Below are positions 51,922-64,000 of a stretch of 64,000 nt of DNA, piece after piece; position 1 is the first letter of the stretch; the number at the start of each line of letters is the position of its first letter. The notes beneath the pieces are model-generated. The model searched no databases, had not been told where the DNA came from, and saw nothing but the letters and a program-made list of their open reading frames with translations. The position numbers were made by a program, and so were the translations under genes. Origin of the DNA: the human T2T-CHM13v2.0 reference genome, Homo sapiens; the NCBI RefSeq assembly GCF_009914755.1, contig NC_060929.1; one strand, given 5' to 3'.

Positions 51922-53344
51922 AAAGGAAACATCATACAACATGAGGCATACTTTACACTGAAGTAAGTTGTTGTTTTCAAGGCAAAATGAGTTTCCCTTA
52001 ATTTATAGGAAATAAAAAGAAATATTTAAAAGACTAGTAAGAACAAATAAATCCAGTTCTCAGCTGGTGATCGATAAATAAGAAAAAGAAAGACAGATAA
52101 GGAGAAGATTCACCTATAAATTAAGTGCATTTAACAACTTAAATTATTACTTCCCCCAAAGGAAATGAAAATGGACCCTCTGATCAGAGAGATAAAGTAT
52201 GTTTTATTTTAGTTTTTTAATTAATTTTGCAGGGAGACACCTAAATTTACCAAAAAAGGGAGCTAATATCAGGGAAATACAAGATCTTAATGGAAAGATT
52301 ATGGAATTCACAAGTTACTGGTGGCAACAGTTTGGACACAATTAGACATCTTAACGATAATGAAAGTATATAGTTTAATGAATCTATGTCAAGGGAAGCC
52401 TTGAGTATAAAACCTTTACAGGGTCCGACGAGATGAGGACTTTTGCTCAATGAGTAAATAGTGTTTGACCAGTTGATTAGTAAGGATGTGTTTTTGAATT
52501 CCTCGAGATTTAACAAGATGACAAATCGGACTTGTTTAGATTTCTTTTTCGGGCTAGCAAGAACACTTTGACACACTAAGTAGGAGGAGTCCCCTCAACC
52601 CTCTGTGAGACTCCTAAGCCCACTAACCCTGAAGTCACACACAGCTCAAGACACACAGAGGGGGCCTCTAAGCTGAGAGACGTTTATTCAAAGACTTCTC
52701 TGATCTATCAGAACTGGTGATCTAGGAGCTTTTTGTAAAGCTAGGTATTCTTCCTCTCCAGAAAACAAAAGCAAAAACAAAACACTTTGCTTCTCTATCA
52801 GAGGGATCCTTTTCATTTCTTTTCGGGGAAGTCTTCTTTCACGTTTAAATGAGCTCAATTTATAGATGACTCTTCTCCCTGTCTGTTCTCCTTGTCCCCT
52901 TTATCAAGCATGGTGAAAACTGTGGAGTCATCCTTGTCTCATCTGCTCTGACTAATTTGTTTACCATATCTGGCCAGTTCTTCTTTTGAAGGGTGGCTGC
53001 AATTTTCTCTTTCTTATCTCAGTTGTTGTTGCTTTGCATTAGCATGTTTTCATAGCCTCTCCTCCTCTCAGTCCCTTCCCTTCCTCCTGAAATCTAAACC
53101 TTTCTGACACTCTTTCATCTGGCACTGCCCCCTCACAACTGTTATGAGTTCCTTTTTCTCCCACATTGAGTCTGAATTCCTCTCTATGGCTTTCAAAGAC
53201 TTTCTTATTCTTCCTCAACCCTCTTCATTATCTGCTACTCCCTAGTGCTCCCTTCTCTAGTGAGGTCAATATTCTCTTCCACTTACTGGGCTTGTTTCTC
53301 TTCTTCCTTCTCTTTACCCATCAATTGCCCTGTCCATTGGCTTA

Positions 53345-53650
53345 TTTTTTTTTTTTTTTTTGAGAAAGGGTCTTGCTCTGTCACCCAGGGCAGAGTGCAG
53401 TGGTGTGATCTTGAACTCCTGGGATCAAGCAATTCTCCTGCCTCAGCCTCAGCCTTCCAAGTAGCTAGAGTTATAGACGCATGGCACCATGCCCAGCTAA
53501 TTGTTTTTATTTATTTATTTATTTATTTATTTTTGAGATAGGATCTCACTTTGTTGCCCAGGCTGGGTTGAACTCCTGGGCTCAAGTGGTCCTCCCTCCT
53601 TCACTTCCCAAAGCGTTGGGATTATAGCCTTGAGCCACCGCGCTGGGGCC
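53345..53650 (-). mobile_element. AluJ
   Basis: Diverged Alu whose middle linker has expanded as (TTTA)n. Confidence 0.9.
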
Positions 53651-53954
53651 GGCATTTCTCACTTCTGTCTGCAGAGCATGTCTCCTCATCAGAGACCAAC
53701 TTCTTACAAAGTCCCACTCAATGACTGAGATTCTTCCCTTTCTCTAAGCTCCCACAGCATGTAAAGTTTGTGGCACCTGGCTTGATACAGGTCTGGATCA
53801 TTTTCAAACCGCTCTATTTGTGTGAATCTTGTCTCCCACAAAAATGATACACTTTTCAAACAAAAAGTCCATTTTCTCTGCTTACATGCATTTTGTGTCT
53901 ATAGGAAAAGTTTAGAAGAGAAAGCATGATTTACATTGGATCCGTTGACATCAT

Positions 53955-54185
53955 CATGTGATGGAGAGGCCTTTGGAGTCAGCCAGACTCATCTCAACTC
54001 TGCCACTTACTCATTGTGTAGGTGAAACTTCTGAGTCTCCATTTCCTCATGTGTAAAATGGGGATACTAATTCTTGGCAGAGTTGCTATAAAAATTAAAT
54101 GTCATAAGATATGGAAAGCTTCTTAGATACTATTTGGCCCATAATTATATGCCCAATAGATAGTAGCAATATCTATTATTAAATT
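53955..54185 (+). mobile_element. MIR SINE
   Basis: ctttggagtcag...ctctgccacttact...tttcctcatgtgtaaaatggggata. Confidence 0.75.
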
Positions 54186-54772
54186 CTGGAGGAGGTAGGT
54201 GGCAAGACTCAATTCTGGAAGTGAGTTGGACTCACTCTCAGGTGTCCTTAGATCCTAACTGATAGGGAGAGAGGAAGCAAGAGCAGACTTCCTATCTGCT
54301 CAGCCTGGATGTGGTCAACTTCTGTCTGGGATGGTGTTTAACTGGCTGGAGGAGTTTTACTTTCTAAGATGAGAAGGAAAGGTTGTCCAGAGGGACCAGC
54401 ATTCCAGAGGCTCATTTCCTGGGCCCAACTCTGAAGCTCCTTTCCTCAGAGATGATGCAGGACCCGATTATAGAGGTAGACACTGTCATACAAGAGCAAT
54501 ACCCCAGGGATGAGAAGCAGACATTTGGCCTTGACAGAGAGAGATTCTCCTGGTGACAGGAGCTGGACTGGTGCTGAGCGCATAAGGAGTGGCTCAACCA
54601 ATCCTGCAGCAACCTGGATGCTAACAGGCACAGAGAGATATGAGGGATACAGTAATGTAACAGACTCTACTACAGTGCTTACTAAGTATGTGTCTGCATT
54701 GATCTTTGAGCTTTATGTTGTAATATTAATCTTCACAACAACACTGTGAGGTAGCTACCATTCTTGAGCCCC

Positions 54773-55229
54773 ATAGTCTCTATCTATCCCTCTAGATTCC
54801 TTGTCTGCCCTCCTGCACTCTGCTCTGGGCCCTAGGAAGCTAGCTTTGATGGATGGCCTTAGCCTGCCTCCTTTGCACTCTGTATCTTAGTTGGGTTCAG
54901 CCACTGGGGGCTACTAACAGGAGGCACAAATATCCAGGAATGGGAATAAAACATTGGGTCTGAAAGATGGCAGGGTCAATGTTCCTCCACTGAGAGCCAC
55001 AGCTATGAGTACACAGCCCTTTCTACAGGCAAATCCATAGTTACTCTTCATTCTCATAAAACCTGTGGGCCTAAGGGCAGAATTGGCTTCCTGATGTTGC
55101 TAGCTCTGGGGTGCTTCACTGCCCCATGCTGGTTTCCCCTAATCCTGCCCACTTTGGTGAGTAGTCTCTTTATTAAACCCTTCTCAATTTGAGAACACAT
55201 CTGTTTCTTGCTGAGACCCTGACTAATAT
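54773..55229 (+). mobile_element. LTR33-like ERVL LTR inserted in a MIR
   Basis: ctctgctctgggccctaggaagct...attaaacccttctca...ctgagaccctgactaata. MIR pieces lie on both sides. Confidence 0.7.
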
Positions 55230-55713
55230 AATTATTGTCCCTCTTTTACAGATGAAACGCGGAAAAGTTCAGTAAAACCACCAAGTAAGTGGTGGAGCTG
55301 GGACTCAGTCCAGGCACCCAGACAACCTGGTTCCAGAGTTGGGCTCTACATTTTACTGCCAATGCAGTTCATGGAAATAACAAAGATGTGACCTGGAGAA
55401 ATACCCATGACTGTAGCTTTGTGCTTTCACACCCAACCAGGCTACCTCCACAAATCAGTCTGGCCAGTGCTCACTACTCCAGGCCCCAGAGTCAGATTTT
55501 GTCATAGTTGCTTATTGTCAATTTCCTCCTTCTCTTAAGGAGACTGCAAACCCCTTCTCAGGCCAGTGTCTATTCAGGGTGGTTTTTGCTCACCCCAGTT
55601 CAGACTCCTAACCGGAGTACAAGGCGTTAGAAAGGGGTGGACCGAGGACAGAGGAAGAATGGTAGGCTCCACAAACCTAGTGCAGAAAGGTAAGACATGC
55701 GATCATTTCTTGC

Positions 55714-56017
55714 TTTTTTTTTTTTTTTGTGACAGAGTTTTGCTGGAGTGCAAGTGGAGTGCAGGCTGGAGTGTAGTGGCATGATCATAACTCACTGCAG
55801 CCTAGACCTCCCAGGCTTAAGCAATCCTCCTGCCTCAGCCTCCTGAGTAGCTAGGGCTACACATGTGCACTACCATACCTGGCTAATTTTTTTATTTTTG
55901 TAGAAATGGGATCTCTCCATGTTGCCCAGGCTGATCTCGAACTCCTGGGCTCAAGCGATTCTCTCGTGTCTGCCTCCCAAATTGCTGGGATTACAGACGT
56001 GAACCACTGTGCCCAAT
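55714..56017 (-). mobile_element. AluJ
   Basis: Dimeric Alu with J-type diagnostics. Confidence 0.9.
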
Positions 56018-56561
56018 TTTCCTGCTTCTTCCTAATCTCTTTTCCTCCCTCTGAGGATGAGGATAATTCCCAAAGATGCTAACAAAGCTGTGAATGTGGA
56101 GGAACCAGAATTTTGCTCTGCGTCTAGGGCAACGTTTTATTTGGTTGTTAGAAACACCTAATTAATATACACAATTTTACTTCACGTGCCTGTTGTTTCT
56201 TGAAAGGCGAGGGGTTCCTCTTTGAGTATCATGCAATCCCATCTTTATCAAATGTTATTTGAGAAAACTGCCACTGAAAAATCAATAAAACAGTTATTGG
56301 AAAAGAATCATCCCGATGAGTGTCCATTAAGTCTCTAGCAAAGATTGATTTCAAATAAAGGACTGTTGTATAAAAAACTAACTCTTGGCTATAAGAGCTT
56401 ATAATGGTGGAATAGTTTTTGTGTCTGCTTTTAAAAGCTATTTGGATCATTTTCCTCCTTGTCAGCACTCTTTATATCTATGGGATCATTCTTTAATGCA
56501 AACATAGTAGTTCAAGGCATAGAATCTGGAGCGAAATTATTTGGACTCATTTCTGGCTTGG

Positions 56562-57008
56562 TCACTCTCTGAGTTTGGGTTTGCTCAAAATTTGATGAGG
56601 ATTTGGGTGCAAGCAGCTTATTTGAGAGGTAACAGCAGGAAGTGCCAGTAAGGAAGTGGGGAAGTGATGCAGGAAAGTAAAGACAAACAAGATGGTGGGC
56701 ATGAAGGAGTGGGCACTGCCGGGTATCTGGGGACCATTCCCGCAGGCATCCACTGGGAAACTACAGAGCTCATGCTTCAGTGGTGCGCTACCCCAGGAGT
56801 GAGAAAGCTGGGAATTCATCTACCAGCTCCCATCCTGCATTGGTTGAGGGCTACTCCCGAGGTTGTGAGCTTCCTGGAATTTCTAGCCTGTCCCTGGGCA
56901 AGTCGAGCCTGCTCCTGTGGCCAGAGCAGCCCGCTGGTGAGAGTTGTGCTGGCACAGGACCAGTGGGAGACAAGAGAATATGAGAGAGGACCAACAGCAT
57001 CTGCTGCA
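56562..57008 (-). mobile_element. LTR16-family ERVL LTR
   Basis: aggatttgggtgcaagcagcttatttgagaggt...ccaacagcatctgctgca. Confidence 0.7.
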
Positions 57009-57860
57009 GCCCAACCCGTCACACTCAGATCCACTCATGAAACTGTCCAATCAATGATTTCTCAAAGCATCTGGTCATAGTTTCCAAGGAAGAAAAAGAT
57101 TTATCACAGGCATATTCGTGAGACAAGCTACAGCCCCTTCTGCTGCAGTTAGTCCAAAGGCTCTAACTCTACTCTTCATCATCTGACTCTTCTTTCTCCC
57201 ACTCTAGGTTCCCCCGACCCCCATCCTGGCCTTCGCTGGTCTAGGTTGTGTGCCCAGTGAGGTAACCTAGACCTTCACCCCTCATTTCCATGTCTTCATC
57301 AGCCTATGGTTGCTGTAGTTGTCCGTTCACCATACAGAAGCACCAAGAGGGGACCCGGCTGTCCCCTGAGTTCCAGAGATACTTCCTCTCGCTCCCACTG
57401 TGTAGAAGCAAGCCTGCCTCCTGTGACATCCAACATCAATGATCCCTGCCAGGATAGAATTTTTTTTCTTTGGCTTGCTGGACTTCTAGCCAAAGGAGTT
57501 TAAGATGACCAATTGACAGGTGTAATATTAGATTCAGTGAAATCTTGACTCTATTCCCTGATATAAGATTCCCTCCACCTCCTTCCCCCTTCCCCACTGC
57601 CAATTCACTTTGGGAACCAGGATCTTTAGTTTAGCAGAAAGCAAAGTTAAAGAAACAGGAAGTACAAATTCCCCAAGCCAGTCACTAGGAATGAAAATGA
57701 GAGGGTCACTTTCTACTTTTATTTCCTACCCCCGCATATTCTACCTACTAGAGACATAAGCACCATATAATGATGTGATGCATATACTGCATCTTAAAGA
57801 CCAGTGTCCGAACCCTGTGGTGTATCATTCCCAGCTGGCATCTTAGCTAAGTCTTCATGA
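57009..57860 (-). mobile_element. Old ERVL internal sequence (HERV16/ERV3-16A3-like), decayed integrase end/dUTPase
   Basis: Minus-strand remnants ...FVLPVS..., ...QQAK..., ILAGIIDVG, VNGQLQQP parallel the HERV-L peptide at 26128-26541. It abuts the LTR16. Confidence 0.6.
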
Positions 57861-58276
57861 GGCTTCATGGCATGTGCTGTAACAAGCGGTCAGTAAATGA
57901 GAACTGTTATAGCTGCTGATGTTGATAAATACTCTCCTATAGGATATACATTCAGACCTTAAAAACTAATGTGGAACTTCATATCATGGAGCCCAGAGTA
58001 AGACAACCTTTGTTTTTAGGTTCAATTAGGCTGAAGCCTCCAGGTTAAGGAACAAAGCCATGGGGTTGTCTTCCTTTGCAAATTAGGTGACTGGGCTCCC
58101 AGAAAAGAAGAGGGGAAAATTACATAAGCAAATTATAGTTTCTCAAGACATATAAATCTTCACTGTGGGGCAAGTCTTACAACGTTGGTGGAAAGCTCTT
58201 AGTACTGCCAGTGATGTTCATTCCTTCCCATCTTCCTACCACAAGGCCATGTGGACTAGGTCAAAGCTGTATAAGA

Positions 58277-58572
58277 GGCTGGGCATGGTGGCTCATGCCT
58301 GTAATCCCAGCATTTTGGGAGACCTAAGCAGGAAGATCACTTGCATCTAGCAGTTTGAGAACAGCCTTGCAACATAGCAAAACCTTGTCTCTATAAAAAG
58401 TTTTAAAAATTAATTGGGTGCAATGGCACGCACCTGTAGTCCTAAGTCCCAGGTTAACTGAGGTCAGAGGATTACTTGAGCCCAAGAGTTCGAGGTGGTG
58501 AGCCATGATTGCACCACTGCACTCCAGTTTAGGCAACAGAGTGAGACTTTGTCTCAAAAGGAAAAAAAAAAA
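58277..58572 (+). mobile_element. AluJ
   Basis: Diverged dimeric Alu with an A tail. Confidence 0.9.
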
Positions 58573-58874
58573 TCTGGTATGCGAGATGGAGGTTAGAAGA
58601 CGGAAGCCCCTGCTCTGCCATCAATTCATCATCAGACATTGGGTCCATTTCTCAACATCTCTAGACCTTAATTCTCCCATCCATTAACTGGATAAAATAC
58701 TGGCATTCGTTACCTTACTGATAAATAAGATGGTATACATGTGTGAAGGAATTTTAAAGTTAAATACTATTTAATATAAGTTTATATGAAAATTGTCAGC
58801 TCTGTAAGAGATGGAACCTGGGCCTTTGAACACAGCCTTCAAAGCAATGCATCTGTAGGAATTATCTGTGGCCA

Positions 58875-59759
58875 TGTATTAACCAGGGTTCTCCAGAGAA
58901 ACACAACTAATAGGATATATATAGATACATAAGAGGAGATTTATTATGGGAATTGGCTCATGCAGTTATGGAGGGCTGAAAAGTCAGCTGTCTGTGAGCT
59001 GGAGAACCAGGAAAGTTGGTGGGGTATAGTACAGTTCAAGGCCAAAGCCCTGAGAACCAAGGAGGGGTGTCCAAAGGTCTGAGAACCAGGAGCACAAATG
59101 TCCACGAACAGGAGAAGATGGATGTCTCAGTTCCAGAAGAAAGAGAAAAATTGGCCTTTCCTCTAACTTTTTGTTTCATTTGGCCCTGCTATGGTTTGAA
59201 TATTTGTCCCCTCCAAAACTCATGTCGAAATGTAATCCGCAATGCACCAGTATTGAGAGGCGGGGGCTATAAGAGGAGATTAGGTCATGAAGGCTCATGG
59301 ATTCATAAATAGATTAATGGATTATCATGGGAGGGGAACTGGTGGCTTTATAAGAGGAGAAAGAGAGACCTGAGCTAGCACACTCAGCCCCCACACCATG
59401 GGATGCCCTGTACTTACTCAGGACTCTGTAAAGAGTTTCCTCCATCAGGAAGGCCCTCATCAGATGTGGCCCCTCAACCTTGGGCTTCTCAGCCTGCATA
59501 ACTGTAATAAATAAATTTCTTTCCTTTTTTAATTACTCAGTCTCCAGTATGTTCTTATATGCAAAATGAACTAAGACAGGCCCTCAGTGGATTAGATGAT
59601 GACCGCCACATTGATGAGGGCAATCTCCTCTACTCAGTCTATTGATTCATATACTAATCTATTCTGGCAGCACCCTCACAGACACATCTAGAAATGTCTT
59701 ACCAGCCATCTGGGCCTCCCTTAGCCCAGTCAAGTTCACACATAAAATGAACCGTCACA
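58875..59759 (-). mobile_element. MLT2 (C/D-like) ERVL LTR, split by an MST element
   Basis: tgtattaaccagggttctccagagaaac...cccagtcaagttcacacataaaatgaaccgtcaca. Confidence 0.85.
59187..59578 (+). mobile_element. MST-type MaLR solo LTR
   Basis: TGCTATGGTTTGAATATTTG...CTAAGACA. Perfect TSD GGCCC (59182-59186, 59579-59583). Confidence 0.9.
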
Positions 59760-60629
59760 GGCACTGGCTTCTTACTTACACTCTGGTCCCTGACCCCTAG
59801 TCTTGCTAACCTCTTTTTCCCTTCTCATCTTCAGCCAACTCCCCCAGTCTCTGTCCAGATTTCTATCTCCTCACTCTAGTCACTGACTCTGTTTCTACCT
59901 CTTTAGTCCATCTGTGCTTGGCATAATGCCTAGTAACACCTTTTGCCACCTTCTAATGACAATTCTCCCTTGAATCTCCAACTTTGCCCTCTGATTTGAC
60001 CTTGAAGGTCCTGGCTCCCTTCCTGCCTGAATTCTTCTCCCTATGCCCGGTCTCCCAAACTAAGACAATAACTCTGCTGTTATGTGTTTTTTATAAATGT
60101 AGATCAAAGATTGGAGAGAGAGTGTGTGATTTTTAACCAGTCCATGTGAACCACCAGGGTCTCATTTTCAAGTTACAAAAAAGTAAAATTAATCAATTAA
60201 AAGAAGGGTCGGGGTGGTTTGTAATATTTTGCCAGCCACAACTGCCAGGATTTTGTTTAGCTTCCAAAGCATCTCGACACATAGCACACAAAGGGAACCT
60301 ATACCTCAAGGTAGCCGAAACTTAAAGTCACAGTAAAAACTCAGTAATTCTAAATCGATTCCAAATTAGTAAACAATAGAATCTAGTGCAAAATGCATGA
60401 GACTGGGTGCCTGGCAAATAACCGGGGCCCAAAAAATTTGCTAATTGATGGAGTGAGAGTCCTAATAGATTATTTTTAGCTCAAGCTTTTTTTATATTTA
60501 TGCACCATATGGCTCTGAATAAGGGACTTAAGTTCCCTGGGGCCTCCGTTTCTTCATTATAGAATGTTGGCTCTGCGGTTCCTTCCAGATCTAAAATTCT
60601 ATTCTTTGCACCATCAATGAGATAGAAGT

Positions 60630-60930
60630 TTCCCTCAGTTCTCTGCTCAAATGTCTCCTTGTTAGAGAGACATTTCTTGGTAATTCTGTATTAACTAGGG
60701 TGTGTCTCTTCCCTGTCCCTCTCTATACTCTTACTTTTATTTTTTCTTCATGGTACTATTATATATGTATTCATCGTTTGTCTATTGTTTGTCTCCTGCC
60801 ACTAGAGTTTAAGTGTCTTGAGAGTGGAGATGTTATCTGGTGTGTTCAAGGTTTTATTGCCAGCACCTAGAACAACGCTGGGCACGATAGGATCACAATG
60901 CACAGTCAATGAATTAATGCAGGATTTAAA
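60630..60930 (+). mobile_element. L2a 3' end
   Basis: ctctgctcaaatgtctcctt...ccagcacctagaacaacgctgggcac. Confidence 0.7.
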
Positions 60931-60955
60931 TAAATCATAAAGAATATCAATTTGA

Positions 60956-61332
<377 letters not shown>

Positions 61333-61491
61333 CTAAAAGAATGTAATTAACTGCAAACTACTCCTGTCCTTTCTAAAACTATCTCCCCTGAAACAGTCTC
61401 CCAGGCAATGCTTTCCAATCCTAGTCCTAATTATTTTTCACCTTGAAGGTAATCCATCTGCACATACTTATAGTTATTAAAATTTAGTTTT

Positions 61492-61800
<309 letters not shown>

Positions 61801-62070
61801 TTAGTTTTATTTGTTCAGGCTGGCTTTCCCTAATTACAATAACCCAATCCCACAGGTTTGGTAGTAGATGGTTTATCATCATATGTCATGCTTCTACTCC
61901 ATTTGAGGACATGTTTTAGAACACATTATTAAGTGTTCTGTTTCTGTATTGAGATTTCCTGAGTTTGAATCTTGGCTTTGCTACTTCTTAGCTGTGTGAT
62001 TTGGGACAAGACACTGAGCCTCTCTGGGTCTCCAGTTCATCATTGGTAAAATGGGCACAATAATGATCCT

Positions 62071-62530
62071 GGTTTTTCGCCATTTGCCCTTGCTATTCTC
62101 TATCCTGCTCTGTGTCCCAGGAGGCTGACTCTCAGTCCTCAGCCCCGGGGATCCCTAGGAATGGAACACACAGACCCTGGGCAAGAGATCCAAGGGCAGT
62201 AGGAAAGGGGGTGAGAACATTCATCTTCCACTCCCTTCCTCCTTACAGGATTTTGGCAGTGTCTGTCTTCCTTTACCCATGGCCACAGCACCGAAAAAGT
62301 AGCCTCTCTGCCATGGCTAAAGATATCATCAGGTTCTGGTGACTCCGCCCTCTCCCTTTGCTCTTTTGGGCCTGGGATGCTAACAGTTTCCTGTTCTTGC
62401 TGGTTCCAGATGCATTCGTATTCCTTGAAGATTCCCTTACTACTGTGTACACTTCTGAAAGCAGTCCCTTATTAAAATCCCTCCAGTTAATTCTTTGTTG
62501 TGCTGTCTGCCTTCTTCCAAATCCGAACCA
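62071..62530 (+). mobile_element. LTR33-like ERVL LTR inserted in a MIR
   Basis: tcctgctctgtgtcccaggaggctgac...cccttattaaaatccctc...tgtgctgtctgccttc. MIR pieces lie at about 61940-62070 and 62540-62640. Confidence 0.6.
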
Positions 62531-64000
62531 AAGCAGCATAAATACACTGCCAGACACTAAGGGAATGAATACATGCACAGCAATTAGAACATTGCCTGAC
62601 ACATTGTAACTTCTCAACTCATGTTAAGCATTATCTACATAAGTCAATGAGGAAAAAATGTACAAGACAGCATATGTCAGCTTATGTGAAAATACATTGT
62701 TCAGAATTGACATACCTTCTGTCTAGTAGAAAAAGCCCTACATTTGGGCTTGGCAAAAACAGGCATTATATGCAGTCTTTTGTGCATCGTTTTGAGCAAG
62801 TTAAAAAATTTCACTGAGACACATATGGTTGCTGTGAGAATGACAGATGATGTATATGACAATGGTAGACACAATGTCCATTTAACAGCAGGCATTCATA
62901 TATGTTAATCAAATGAGCAGGGCAGGGGGGTGCTTGGCCAGCTGCAGGGTATCCAAATCCAACCATGCTTAGCAGGGGTCCCCTACTTGGTTTAAGGCTT
63001 TGCAGGCACTGTCTCTAAATTCCTAATAATTTTTGAGGAAAGGGGTTTTGCATTTTAATTTTGTATTGGACTCCACAATGATGTAGCTAGTCTGGGAAGA
63101 AGGGTTCGCTTTATTTTTCAATTCAGTGATGTTACTCTGTAATTGACTATTTATTTTTGCATCAAACATGGATTCATCACCATCTATCTGAAAGAAAATG
63201 AGACTCTTAAAAGATGGCATCTGTGTTAAGACTGTATTAATTAATGAATAAATATCTGCCAAGAAGCTGGTATGTGTTAGGAACTGTGCCAATACTTCTT
63301 TGAACCTAAAATGTCCTGCTTTGCAGTTCCAGGCTGAGCTGATCCACATGTGACAGGATTGGAATTGACCTCGCTGTGAACCTTTCAGTCAGATCTGTGG
63401 TATCTGAGTCTTGAGAAAAAAAAAGAAAAGAAAAAAGTTTCTTATTTCATCACAGCACTGTGACTCAGATTTGGACAGTGAATCATATAAACTCAATTAG
63501 AAGAACAGGCAGTTAAATCCTCCAATTAGAGGATTTTAAAATCTGGGAACACCATAACAAACTTGGAATGACTTAGGGGATGATGCACCACTATTCCAGG
63601 ATCCCAAGTCTACATAATTAAAATGCACAGAAGCAGCCAAAATGATTACCTCCTCAGGGTAGTAATTGACACCCAGTAGGTGTGCTCTGACCTTGACGGA
63701 GGATGGAGTAAAAACAGAACAAACAAATTTGAACCTTTAAGGAAATAATGACTCTGCCAGCAGCAGGGAAGACAGAACCACTTCCAACGCATCCTGTTGG
63801 TAGCCTAATAATGTGTGCACCCCGTAGAAATTTATCTAGGTCATTCAACAAGAAGGGATACATCCCGAATGAACAGGCAGCAAGGGCATCAATCCACACA
63901 TGCTTATTTCTCAAGTGAGGCAGGAAGGGCTCTTTCCTTCTGAGGGTCTTAAATGTTTAGCTGGAATCTAAAGGGGGTAAATGGAGCAGAATCTAGGAGC

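Noticed and set aside
63515-63536. 8-bp stem hairpin AAATCCTC/GAGGATTT
   Set aside because: Stems of this length are expected by chance in 64 kb.

Overview
This is primate (most likely human) non-coding genomic DNA dominated by interspersed repeats. It holds about 26 Alus, many MIR/L2/L3/L1 relics, several hAT and Tigger DNA-transposon relics, and a dense set of ERV1, ERVL and MaLR solo LTRs. I found no intact protein-coding gene, RNA gene or CRISPR array, and most ORFs in the track lie in Alu/LTR sequence. The most notable structures are: (1) an LTR hotspot at about 6.8-15.5 kb, including a five-element nest whose order is supported by target-site duplications (TSDs); (2) an internally deleted HERV-L/MLT2A provirus at 25.6-27.25 kb that keeps a dUTPase-like frame and part of the integrase, with a canonical DUX4-type motif in its 3' LTR remnant; (3) an unidentified coding-like island at about 27.9-28.6 kb beside a CpG-enriched unique segment; (4) a second, older ERVL dUTPase relic at 57-57.9 kb; (5) a 21-bp-stem hairpin near 2.9 kb that I could not assign to a repeat. 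Subfamily names come from my recall of consensus sequences and need Dfam/RepeatMasker confirmation. I do not see convincing evidence for a novel biological system.
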